Source: Thermoplasmatota archaeon
GTDB lineage: Archaea; Thermoplasmatota; Thermoplasmata; UBA10834
Direction: 5' to 3'
Assembly: GCA_040751795.1 (NCBI GenBank)
Contig: JBFMHR010000002.1
Location: 160,001-224,000, forward strand
DNA: 64,000 nucleotides
Shown here: piece by piece, positions 42,418-51,315 of the stretch
How positions within the stretch are numbered: position 1 is the first letter of the stretch
How the letters are laid out: every line of letters begins with the position of its first letter
Notes under the pieces: model-generated
Told to the model about the DNA's origin: nothing
Database searches by the model: none
What the model saw: the letters and a program-made list of their open reading frames with translations, nothing else
Program-made: the position numbers and the translations under genes

Positions 42418-44124
42418 ATGGATCCTCAGGAGGTGCTCTCCCTCTGCAAGCGCAGGGGGTTCCTGTGGCCGTCTTTCGACATCTACGGCGGCATGGCCGG
42501 GATGTACGACTTCGGCCCGCTCGGCGTGACCCTCAAGAACAACATCGAGAACCACTGGAGGCGGCTCTACGTCCTCCAGGAGGGCTTCGTGGAGCTCATG
42601 TGCCCGCTAGTGTCGCCCGAGCCCGTGTTCAAGGCATCGGGGCACCTGGACACGTTCTCCGACATGTACGTCGAGTGCACTAGGTGCGGCGAGACGTACC
42701 GCGCGGACCACCTGGCGAAGGGCCTGCACGAGAACCCGGCGACCCTGGGCGAGGGCGAGCTGGGCCAGCTGCTGCGCGAGAACGGCGTCAAATGCGCGTC
42801 GTGCAGGGGCGAGCTCACCGAGCCGAAGCGCTTCAACCTCATGTTCAAGACGATGGTGGGCGCGGGCAAGGCGAAGCCCGGCTACCTCAGGCCCGAGACG
42901 GCCCAGGGCATGTTCGTCAACTTCGGGCAGGTCTACAGGCTGGGGCGGGAGAAGCTCCCGGTCGGCGCGGTCCAGGTCGGCACGTCGTTCAGGAACGAGA
43001 TATCCCCCAGGCAGGGGCTCATCAGGCTGAGGGAGTTCCACCAGATGGAGGCGGAGCTGTTCGTGGACCCGGACGACAAGACCTGGCCGAGGTTCGACTC
43101 CGTCAAGGGCGAACGGCTGCTGCTGGTCGCCAACACGGGCGAGACGAAGGAGATCGCCCTCGAGCAGGCGGTCAGGGACAAGGTCATCGCGAACGAGGTG
43201 CTCGCGTACTTCATGTGGCTCACGCACAGGTTCGCGCTCGACGTGGGCCTCGACCCCTCCCGGATGCGGTTCAGGCAGCACGAGAGGACGGAGATGGCCC
43301 ACTACGCGTCCGACTGCTGGGACCTCGAGGCCGAGCTCGGGTACGGCTGGGTGGAGCTGGTCGGGGTCGCCGACAGGGGGTGCTACGACCTCTCCGCGCA
43401 CATCAAGCACTCGGACGCCGACCTGACGGCGTTCCAGAGGTTCGACGAGCCCAGGGAGGTCGAGCACGAGGCGGTCAAGGTCAGGTTCGACGTCATGGGC
43501 AAGATGTTCAAGGGCGACACGAAGATGGTCGCCGAGGCGTTGTCCGGCATGCCCGTCGGATCGCTCAAGGGCGTGGAGGAGGTCACCGTCCACGCTGGCG
43601 GGAGGGCCTTCCAGGTTCCATCGGAGTGCTTCGAGGTGTCGATGCGGAAGGAGAAGGTCACGGGGCGGAAGTTCGTCCCGCACGTGATCGAGCCAGCGTA
43701 CGGCGTCGACAGGATACTGTACGCGGTCCTCGAGCACGCGTACTCGAAGTCGGCCAAGGACGGCGAGGAGTATGTCACCCTCAAGCTGAAGGGGCTGGTC
43801 GCCCCGTTCAAGGCGGGCGTGTTCCCGCTCATGGCCAGGGACGGCCTGGACGACGTCGCGTCCTCGATACAGGCATCGCTCTCGGAGGCGGGGATGCACA
43901 CGTACTACGACGACGCTGGCTCCATCGGCCGCAGGTACGCCCGCATGGACGAGGTCGGCACGCCCTGCTGCATAACGGTCGACTACCAGACGAAGGAGGA
44001 CGGCACCGTCACCGTCAGGGACCGCGACAGCACCGAGCAGCGCAGGATTAAGAGGGAGAACGTCGTTCAAGCGGTCGCCAGGCTGGCCTCGGGGGCCGGT
44101 CTGGGGGCCCTCGACGGGCTCTGA
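42418..44124 (+). CDS. glyS: Glycyl-tRNA synthetase (archaeal/eukaryotic type)
   Basis: RRGFLWPSFDIYGG, LRPETAQG, FRNEISPRQGLIRLREF, AHYA, PHVIEP, IGRRYAR. Confidence 0.97.
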   Translation: MDPQEVLSLCKRRGFLWPSFDIYGGMAGMYDFGPLGVTLKNNIENHWRRLYVLQEGFVELMCPLVSPEPVFKASGHLDTFSDMYVECTRCGETYRADHLAKGLHENPATLGEGELGQLLRENGVKCASCRGELTEPKRFNLMFKTMVGAGKAKPGYLRPETAQGMFVNFGQVYRLGREKLPVGAVQVGTSFRNEISPRQGLIRLREFHQMEAELFVDPDDKTWPRFDSVKGERLLLVANTGETKEIALEQAVRDKVIANEVLAYFMWLTHRFALDVGLDPSRMRFRQHERTEMAHYASDCWDLEAELGYGWVELVGVADRGCYDLSAHIKHSDADLTAFQRFDEPREVEHEAVKVRFDVMGKMFKGDTKMVAEALSGMPVGSLKGVEEVTVHAGGRAFQVPSECFEVSMRKEKVTGRKFVPHVIEPAYGVDRILYAVLEHAYSKSAKDGEEYVTLKLKGLVAPFKAGVFPLMARDGLDDVASSIQASLSEAGMHTYYDDAGSIGRRYARMDEVGTPCCITVDYQTKEDGTVTVRDRDSTEQRRIKRENVVQAVARLASGAGLGALDGL

Positions 44125-44144
44125 GAAGGAGAGAAAGAACCGTC

Positions 44145-45467
44145 ATGTCCTTGGACTCCCGGGGGGACCCGCCGGATAGACGAGGCCTCGCGAAGCCCGT
44201 GGATCTGTCAGGCGAGTTCGGCAAGTACATCGGCAAGCAGGTCAGCTACGCCACCCACGGCATCCACAGGTACCCCGCCAAGTTCATCCCCCAGATCCCC
44301 GGGTTCTGCATCCAGTCGTACTCGAAGGTCGGGGACGAGGTCCTCGACCCCTTCATGGGCTCGGGCACGACCCTCCTCGAGTCCTACATGCTGGGGAGGC
44401 ACAGCTACGGGGTGGACATACACCCACTGGCAAGGATGATCGCCAAGGTCAAGACGACGCCCCTGGACCCGGTCAGGCTGAGGGCGGCCGCCGACTCCCT
44501 CCTCTCCGACATCGCCTCGGACCGGGAGGACAACTCCTCCCTGGCGCCCGAGATCCCGAACAGGGACCACTGGTTCAGGCCCGAGGTGCTGGCCGACCTC
44601 GCCACCATCAAGAAGCACGTCTGGGCGATGCGCAGGGGCGACCAGCAGGACTTCTTCAAGATCTGCTTCTCCTCGATCATCAGGAAGATGTCCAACTCCG
44701 ACTCCGACTCCCTCATCCCGGAGGTCACGTCCTTCCGCAAGAAGCTGGACGAGCAGGGGAAGACCTCCTTCGAGGCCCTCCCGAAGTTCGAGAACACCGT
44801 GAAGGGCAAGCTCCTGGACGCCGAGGAGCTATGGAGGATGTCGAAGAACGTCGAGCAGCGCTACCGCGGAGCCCCCTCCGTGGAGATCGTCGGGAAGGAC
44901 GCGAGGGACATATCCCTCGACGACTCCTCGGTGGACCTGGCCGTGACCTCCCCGCCCTACGCGAGCGCGGTCCACTACGTCAGCGTCCACAAGCTGGAGA
45001 TGTTCTGGCTCGACCTGATGCCGGACATGGCCAGGCTGGACGGGCAGGTCGTCGGGACCTCCAGGGCGTACGTGTCCGAGTACAGGCCGTGGGAGCCGAG
45101 GACGTCGATCCCCGAGCTCAGGGACGTGATGTCCGAGCTCATCGAGAGGGAGAAGAAGAGCGCCTACATCGTGTACAAGTATTTCGACGACATGCGCAGG
45201 AACTTCTGCGAGGTCAACAGGGTCCTGAAGAGGAACGGGGCGTACTGCGTGGTCGTCGGCGAGAACACCTTCAGGAAGGTCCGCATCCCCACCTACCGCA
45301 TACTGGCCAGGATAGGCGAGAGGTGCGGCTTCGAGCTCGAGGGGGCCTACGTCTACGACGTCATAAACCGCCACCTCGACATCCCGAGGTGGAACGACAG
45401 CAGGATCGAGAGGGACCACATCCTGGTCATGCGCAGGCGCAGGAAGCCCGCGGACGGGGGCCTCTGA
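44145..45467 (+). CDS. Amino (probably N4-cytosine) DNA methyltransferase, alpha-type motif order
   Basis: THGIHRYPAKF, motif I DPFMGSGTT, then motif IV TSPPY, and RVLKRNG. Confidence 0.85.
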   Translation: MSLDSRGDPPDRRGLAKPVDLSGEFGKYIGKQVSYATHGIHRYPAKFIPQIPGFCIQSYSKVGDEVLDPFMGSGTTLLESYMLGRHSYGVDIHPLARMIAKVKTTPLDPVRLRAAADSLLSDIASDREDNSSLAPEIPNRDHWFRPEVLADLATIKKHVWAMRRGDQQDFFKICFSSIIRKMSNSDSDSLIPEVTSFRKKLDEQGKTSFEALPKFENTVKGKLLDAEELWRMSKNVEQRYRGAPSVEIVGKDARDISLDDSSVDLAVTSPPYASAVHYVSVHKLEMFWLDLMPDMARLDGQVVGTSRAYVSEYRPWEPRTSIPELRDVMSELIEREKKSAYIVYKYFDDMRRNFCEVNRVLKRNGAYCVVVGENTFRKVRIPTYRILARIGERCGFELEGAYVYDVINRHLDIPRWNDSRIERDHILVMRRRRKPADGGL

Positions 45468-45527
45468 CCCGCCCCGTCGCTACCTTCTTAAACGACGAGC
45501 CGCATCCACTTTCCCAAGGGATGGGAA

Positions 45528-46070
45528 ATGAGAAAGGACTTGCCCCTCGAGCTCAGGGTCTCGAGGCTCACGGTCACGAGCCTCAGGAACCTCTGCGACG
45601 CGAAGAAGCTCACCGGATGGTCGAACCTCCTCAAGGATGACCTGGTGCGGTTCGTCATCGGCAGCATGGACCGCAGGGCGCTGGAGGACTTCCTGACGAC
45701 TCAGGAGGAGATCTACTTCGTCGAGAACATGGCCAAGGCGATCAAGCTCGCCGGGGGGAGGAAGATCATCGACCTCGACCCGGAGAGCGACGACACCATC
45801 GTGAACGCGGTCTTCTCGCTCCGGAGGTCGGACGGGTACGAGGTCTACCACATCCGGTTCGTCAACCAGACCAACGAGGACGTCGACACCTCCTGCGAGT
45901 GCGTCGAGCACAGGGAGAAGGGCTACTTCTGCCAGCACCAGATGGCCGTCCTTGTGAGATGCCTCCAGGAGGGCCTCTTCACCCTCGACCGGTGGAGCGG
46001 CCCCATGACCCCGGAGGCCGAGGACCTCATCCAGGCCAACGTCTTCAAGAAGAAGCGCCCGCGGAAGTGA
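45528..46070 (+). CDS. SAP/Rho-N-like helix-extension-helix plus SWIM zinc-finger protein
   Basis: LTVTSLRNLC...LTGWSNLLKDDLV and SCEC..9..CQH. Confidence 0.72.
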   Translation: MRKDLPLELRVSRLTVTSLRNLCDAKKLTGWSNLLKDDLVRFVIGSMDRRALEDFLTTQEEIYFVENMAKAIKLAGGRKIIDLDPESDDTIVNAVFSLRRSDGYEVYHIRFVNQTNEDVDTSCECVEHREKGYFCQHQMAVLVRCLQEGLFTLDRWSGPMTPEAEDLIQANVFKKKRPRK

Positions 46071-46116
46071 CCGCCCCAACAGGTTTATCTACGCTTACCC
46101 TTTTGTCCAGGATTAG

Positions 46117-48735
46117 ATGGCCCAGTACGATTGGCGCGAGAGCGAGCCCAAGTGGCAGGCCAAGTGGAAGGAGTGGGGGGTACACCGCTTCGACCGCGGC
46201 TCCCAGAGGAAGGTCTACAGCATAGACAACCCTCCCAGGTACGCCTCGGGGAACCTCCACCTGGGCCACGCGTACGGCTACACCGTCATAGACTTCGCCG
46301 CGCGCTACAAGCGCCTCAGGGGCTTCAACGTCTTCTACCCGCTCTGCTTCGACACCAACGGGACGCCGGTCGAGGTCCGTGTGGAGAAGGTCCACGGCGT
46401 CAAGGCCACGGACGTCCCGAGGCAGCAGTTCATCCAGATGTGCGCGGAGTTCGCCGAGAAGTACATCGCCGAGATGACCAAGCAGTTCGAGATGCTGGGC
46501 CAGAGCATGGACCCGAGCATCTACTACCAGACCGACGCGCACTACTACCGCCGGCTCACCCAGATATCGTTCATACGCATGTTCAAGAACGGCCTGGTCT
46601 ACAAGGGGCACTTCCCCATCAACTGGTGCACCCGGTGCAGGACCGCCCTCGCGGACGCCGAGGTGGACTACGAGCACAGGACCACGAAGCTCAACTACAT
46701 CCGGTTCAAGGAGGCGGGGACCGGCAAGGAGGTCCTTATAGCGACCACGAGGCCGGAGCTCCTCTGCACCTGCCTGCTCGTGGCGGTGCACCCCGACGAC
46801 AAGGAGAAGGGCTGGCTGGTCGGGAAGGAGCTGGTCACCCCCGTCTTCGGCAGGAGGGTCAGGGTCATAGCCGACGCGAAGGTCGACCCGGCGTTCGGCA
46901 CGGGCACGCTCATGGTCTGCTCCATCGGGGACAAGGACGACCTGGAGCGCATCATGAAGTACGAGCTCCCGCTGGAGAAGGGCATCGACGAGGACGGGAA
47001 GATGACCGAGCTCGCCGGGAAGTACGCCGGCATGACGGTCCTTGACGCCAGGAAGGCCATCATCGAGGACATGAGGGCCCAGGGCCTCCTGGTGAGGCAG
47101 GAGCCGCTGGAGCAGAACCTCGGGACGTGCTGGAGGTGCAGCACCCCCATCGAGTTCCTCAAGGTCCCCCAGTGGTTCGTCAAGTCGGTCGAGTTCAAGG
47201 AGCAGGTCCTCCGGAAGGTCGACGAGATCGTCTGGAAGCCCGAGTTCATGAAGGTCAGGATCAAGGACTGGGTCGAGTCGCTCGCCTGGGACTGGGTGGT
47301 GTCGAGGCAGAGGTACTTCGCCACCGCAATCCCGCTCTGGGAGTGCGACAGGTGCGGGGACGTGCTGCTCGCGGAGGAGAAGGACTGCTACGTCGACCCG
47401 ACAGCGGCGCCCCCGGCGAAGGCGCAGTGCTCCTGCGGCGGGAGGTACGTGGGCTCCACCGACGTGTTCGACACCTGGATGGACTCCAGCATATCCCCGC
47501 TCTACAACACCTTCTGGGAGAGGGACATGAAGTCCTTCGACAGGCTCTTCCCGATGTCGATGAGGCCGCAGAGCCACGACATCATCAGGACGTGGGCCTA
47601 CTACACGATCCTCAGGTCGCTGCACCTCACCGGGAAGAAGCCATGGGACGAGGTGATGATCCACGGGTTCATCATGGCTCCGGACGGGCGGCCAATGCAC
47701 ACCTCCGACGGCAACGTCATAGACCCGATGCCCCTGCTCGAGAAGTACGGCGGCGACGCGATGCGCTACTACGCCGCCACATGCTCGCTGGGCATGGACC
47801 ACGCGTTCAAGGAGCAGGAGCTGGTCAGGGGCAACAGGCTCGCGACGAAGGCCTGGAACATCATGCGCATGGTCGGGGGCGCGTGCAAGGCGAGGCCGCC
47901 GAAGCCGGCCGCGATGCACCCGGTCGACGCTTGGATACTCAGCAGGTTCGGGAGGCTCGTGAGGGACGTCGAGGGGAGGTGCGAGGCCTACGAGTTCGAC
48001 AGGGCCATGGCCCTCGTCCAGGACTTCCTATGGCACGAGTTCGCGGACCACTACATCGAGCTCGCGAAGCACAGGGCCTACGCTGAGGACGACGGAGGCG
48101 CGAGGTACGCGCTCTACACTGTCGGGCTCGGCCTCCTGAAGATGCTGTCGGTGTTCATGCCCCATGTGGCCGAGGACTCATACCAGCATAACTTCAGGCA
48201 GCACGAGACGCCTGTCAGCATACACGTGTCCCCGTGGCCGGAGGCGCCCCCAGTCGACGAGGCCGCGGAGCGCCAGGGCGAGACCGTGAGGGACATAGTC
48301 GCCGCGGTGAGGGCATGGAAGGCCGCCAAGGGCCTGTCCCTGAACGCACCGATAGCGAGGGTCGAGGTCGTGGGCGCGAAGGCGGCGGAGCTCATCTCCG
48401 GGTCCGAGGGGGACGTCAAGGCGACCCTGAAGGCCGAGAGGCTGGACGTGCTGGAGAAGGTCGCGCTGAAGGAGTCGGTCTCCAAGGTGAAGCCTGTCCA
48501 CTCCAGGCTCGGCCCCGCGTTCAAGCGGGACGCGAAGGCGGTCGCGGAGAGGCTGGCGACCCTTTCCCCAGAGCAGCTGGCCGGAATCGACAAGGGCCTG
48601 ACCGTCGAGCTCGATGGCGGGAGGACCGTCGAGCTCGGGCCGGAGTTCTACGAGGTCGAGAGGCGCATCACGTCGGACAGGGGCGAGCTCGAGTCTGTTG
48701 CTGCCGCCGGCCTGGCCGTGCTGCTCTACCAGTGA
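46117..48735 (+). CDS. valS: Valyl-tRNA synthetase
   Basis: YSIDNPP, HLGH, ATTRPELL, DWVVSRQRYFA, DVFDTWMDSS, DIIRTW; the KMSKS position reads PMHTS. Confidence 0.95.
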   Translation: MAQYDWRESEPKWQAKWKEWGVHRFDRGSQRKVYSIDNPPRYASGNLHLGHAYGYTVIDFAARYKRLRGFNVFYPLCFDTNGTPVEVRVEKVHGVKATDVPRQQFIQMCAEFAEKYIAEMTKQFEMLGQSMDPSIYYQTDAHYYRRLTQISFIRMFKNGLVYKGHFPINWCTRCRTALADAEVDYEHRTTKLNYIRFKEAGTGKEVLIATTRPELLCTCLLVAVHPDDKEKGWLVGKELVTPVFGRRVRVIADAKVDPAFGTGTLMVCSIGDKDDLERIMKYELPLEKGIDEDGKMTELAGKYAGMTVLDARKAIIEDMRAQGLLVRQEPLEQNLGTCWRCSTPIEFLKVPQWFVKSVEFKEQVLRKVDEIVWKPEFMKVRIKDWVESLAWDWVVSRQRYFATAIPLWECDRCGDVLLAEEKDCYVDPTAAPPAKAQCSCGGRYVGSTDVFDTWMDSSISPLYNTFWERDMKSFDRLFPMSMRPQSHDIIRTWAYYTILRSLHLTGKKPWDEVMIHGFIMAPDGRPMHTSDGNVIDPMPLLEKYGGDAMRYYAATCSLGMDHAFKEQELVRGNRLATKAWNIMRMVGGACKARPPKPAAMHPVDAWILSRFGRLVRDVEGRCEAYEFDRAMALVQDFLWHEFADHYIELAKHRAYAEDDGGARYALYTVGLGLLKMLSVFMPHVAEDSYQHNFRQHETPVSIHVSPWPEAPPVDEAAERQGETVRDIVAAVRAWKAAKGLSLNAPIARVEVVGAKAAELISGSEGDVKATLKAERLDVLEKVALKESVSKVKPVHSRLGPAFKRDAKAVAERLATLSPEQLAGIDKGLTVELDGGRTVELGPEFYEVERRITSDRGELESVAAAGLAVLLYQ

Positions 48736-48786
48736 GAGGAGCCTGGCGCGACAGCCTATTATACCCTTAGGGTGTTTTCTCAGACG

Positions 48787-49065
48787 ATGGACCGCAAGGA
48801 CTTCGTCGTCGAGGCGCTGAGGAGCGTCCTGGACCCCCACACGGGCGTGAGCGTCTACGACATGGGCCTCATATCCGAGCTGGTGGTGGGGGACGACTCC
48901 GTCAGCCTGACCTTCATGCCCACGAGCCCCTTCTGCCCCGTCGGCGTCGAGCTCGCGGTCGCGATACGCGACCAGGTCCTCACGGTCGACGGCATAAGGA
49001 AGTGCGACGTCAAGGTCGTGGGCCACGTCAGGGCCGACGAGATCAACAGGGCCCTGGGCGCCTGA
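48787..49065 (+). CDS. Metal-sulfur cluster assembly factor (DUF59/SufT)
   Basis: LRSVLDP..VSVYDMGLI, TSPFCP. Confidence 0.88.
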   Translation: MDRKDFVVEALRSVLDPHTGVSVYDMGLISELVVGDDSVSLTFMPTSPFCPVGVELAVAIRDQVLTVDGIRKCDVKVVGHVRADEINRALGA

Positions 49066-49066
49066 C

Positions 49067-50464
49067 TCACCTGATGATGTCCATCTTGACGTGCTTGTTC
49101 TGGATGTTGCACCTCTCCAGGTCCTTCATCGCGTAGAAGGCCACGCTCTTGTGGAGGCGGATCTCGCTGCTGCTCCTGCCGACGGTGACGTCGCCGATCA
49201 GGTGCTCGTCGATGTTGGCCTTCCTGGTGATGAACTTGATTAGGCTGAGCATGTCCACCCCGTCCTCCTTGCCGATGTTGAGCCTGAAGGGCACCATGCC
49301 GAATACGTCCGCGTACTCGTCCAGGTCCAGCTGCCTCTTGACCCTGTCCCTGCCGGAGCCGTCGGGGACGTCGTCCGCCTGGATGGTCGTCCTTCCGAAG
49401 TTTTCGATCTGCTTGACGAGGTACTGCTCCTCCTTCGAGACGAACGTGATGGCCTTCCCCGTCCGGCCGGCCCTGGCGGTCCTCCCGATCCTGTGGACGT
49501 AGTCCTCGGGGTTCTCGGGGATGTCGTAGTTGACCACGTGCGTTATGCCCTCGATGTCCAGCCCCCTGGCGGCGACGTCCGTGGCCACGAGTATCTTGAC
49601 CTTCCCGTGCTTGAACCGGTCCATGACCTTCTCCCTGGCGGCCTGGGACATGTCCCCGTGAATGCCGTCGGCCGAGTATCCGTACGCCCTGAGCTTGTGG
49701 ACCAGCATGTCGACCATCCTCTTGGTCGAGCAGAAGACCAGCGTGAGCGGGGGTTTCTCCGTGTCGAGTATCCTGCAGAGCGCCCAGAGCTTGTTCCTCC
49801 TTCCCACGTTGATGTAGCTCTGCTCCGCGTTGTCGACCGTCAGGGTGTCCTGGCTGATGATGACGCTCTTCGGGCTCCTCATGTACCTCTGGGCGAGCTC
49901 CCTTATCGCCTCGGGGAGGGTCGCGGAGAAGAGCATCGTCTGCCTCTGCCTCGGGACCCTCTGGAGGATCCACTCAATGTCGTCTATGAACCCCATGTCG
50001 AGCATCCGGTCGGCCTCGTCCAGCACGACGACCGACACCCCGTCGAAGTTCAGCTCCCCGCGCCTCATCAGGTCCATGAGCCTGCCCGGGGTGCCCACGA
50101 CGACCTCGACGCCCTTCCTGATCTTGGCGACCTGGACGTTGATGGACTGGCCGCCGTATATCGCGACGGTGTTGTGACCGGTGTGCTTGGCGAGGTCGTC
50201 GAAGTCCTCCGCGACCTGCATCGCGAGCTCCCTCGTCGGGACGAGGGCGAGCACCTGGATGTGCTTGTTGGCGGGCAGCCTGCTCAGTATCGGTATCGCG
50301 AAGGCCCCGGTCTTGCCGGTGCCCGTCTGCGCCTGCGCCATCAGGTCGTCCCCGGCCATGGCGATCGGTATGCTCTGCTCCTGGACCGGCGTGGGCTCCT
50401 CCCACTCCAGCTCCTTGACGGCCCTCAGTATCTCCTGGCTCCTGGTGAGCGATTGAAAGTCCAT
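49067..50464 (-). CDS. DEAD-box RNA helicase with DbpA-type C-terminal domain
   Basis: PTPVQ, AQTGTGKT, PTRELA, DEAD, SAT, ARGLD, HRIGRTAR. Confidence 0.95.
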   Translation of the reverse strand: MDFQSLTRSQEILRAVKELEWEEPTPVQEQSIPIAMAGDDLMAQAQTGTGKTGAFAIPILSRLPANKHIQVLALVPTRELAMQVAEDFDDLAKHTGHNTVAIYGGQSINVQVAKIRKGVEVVVGTPGRLMDLMRRGELNFDGVSVVVLDEADRMLDMGFIDDIEWILQRVPRQRQTMLFSATLPEAIRELAQRYMRSPKSVIISQDTLTVDNAEQSYINVGRRNKLWALCRILDTEKPPLTLVFCSTKRMVDMLVHKLRAYGYSADGIHGDMSQAAREKVMDRFKHGKVKILVATDVAARGLDIEGITHVVNYDIPENPEDYVHRIGRTARAGRTGKAITFVSKEEQYLVKQIENFGRTTIQADDVPDGSGRDRVKRQLDLDEYADVFGMVPFRLNIGKEDGVDMLSLIKFITRKANIDEHLIGDVTVGRSSSEIRLHKSVAFYAMKDLERCNIQNKHVKMDIIR

Positions 50465-50553
50465 GTTCGCAGTCTTCCTTGTTCTCGGACGGGGCGAGTT
50501 ACTTCTTTAATAGTATTTTAACCCCTACGTCATCTAGGGCGGCGGTGCTTCTT

Positions 50554-51198
50554 ATGGCGGCGACCAGGGTCATGAGGGCCAGGGAGGCCTGGCAGAGGCT
50601 CTACTCCAAGAGGGGCCTCCACTACGGGGGCACGGGCGACCTCTCGCTCCTCGTCCCCCACCTGAAGAAGGGGATGCTGGTCCTGGACGCGGGCTGCGGC
50701 GACGGGAAGACCGCGGAGGCGCTCGCGCGCCTGTGCGAGGTCGTGGCCTGCGACTTCTCCAGGGAGGCGCTCAACTCCCTCAGGTCCCAGCGCGACCCCG
50801 ACAAGGTGGTGGAATTGGTCGAATGCAACCTGCGGAACATGCCTTTTGCACCGGAAAAGTACGGTGCCATCACCTGCGTCCACACCCTGTCGCACATGGT
50901 CGAGAGGGAGCGCGCCGCGGCGGCGGAGCAGCTCTCCGGGCTCCTCGCGCGGGGCGGATACCTCTACGTCGAGGCCTTCGGGCGCGGGGACATGAGGTAC
51001 GGCAAGGGCGAGGAGGTCGAGCCCTCGTCGTTCCTTCGCGGCGACGGGATAATGACCCACTACTTCCAGGAGGGGGAGGTCGGCCCCCTGTTCCCAGGCC
51101 TGGAGGTCGTCACGGAGGTGGGTTCGGTCAGGCGGATCGTCTTCGGCGCGACGGCCGGGAAGAGGGACGTCATCAAGGCCCTCCTGAGGAAGGCCTGA
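50554..51198 (+). CDS. Class I SAM-dependent methyltransferase
   Basis: VLDAGCGDGK, ACDFS, LARGG; start uncertain (50554 or 50572). Confidence 0.85.
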   Translation: MAATRVMRAREAWQRLYSKRGLHYGGTGDLSLLVPHLKKGMLVLDAGCGDGKTAEALARLCEVVACDFSREALNSLRSQRDPDKVVELVECNLRNMPFAPEKYGAITCVHTLSHMVERERAAAAEQLSGLLARGGYLYVEAFGRGDMRYGKGEEVEPSSFLRGDGIMTHYFQEGEVGPLFPGLEVVTEVGSVRRIVFGATAGKRDVIKALLRKA

Positions 51199-51315
51199 CA
51201 CCGCCACCGGAACGTGCTTAAGCCTTCCTCGCAGACGTTGATATCCGTCCTCCGTCATGCCCCCTCAGGACCGCGTCACCTTCGGTGGGGAGCGCCGTCC
51301 AGGAGGGAGAACAGC

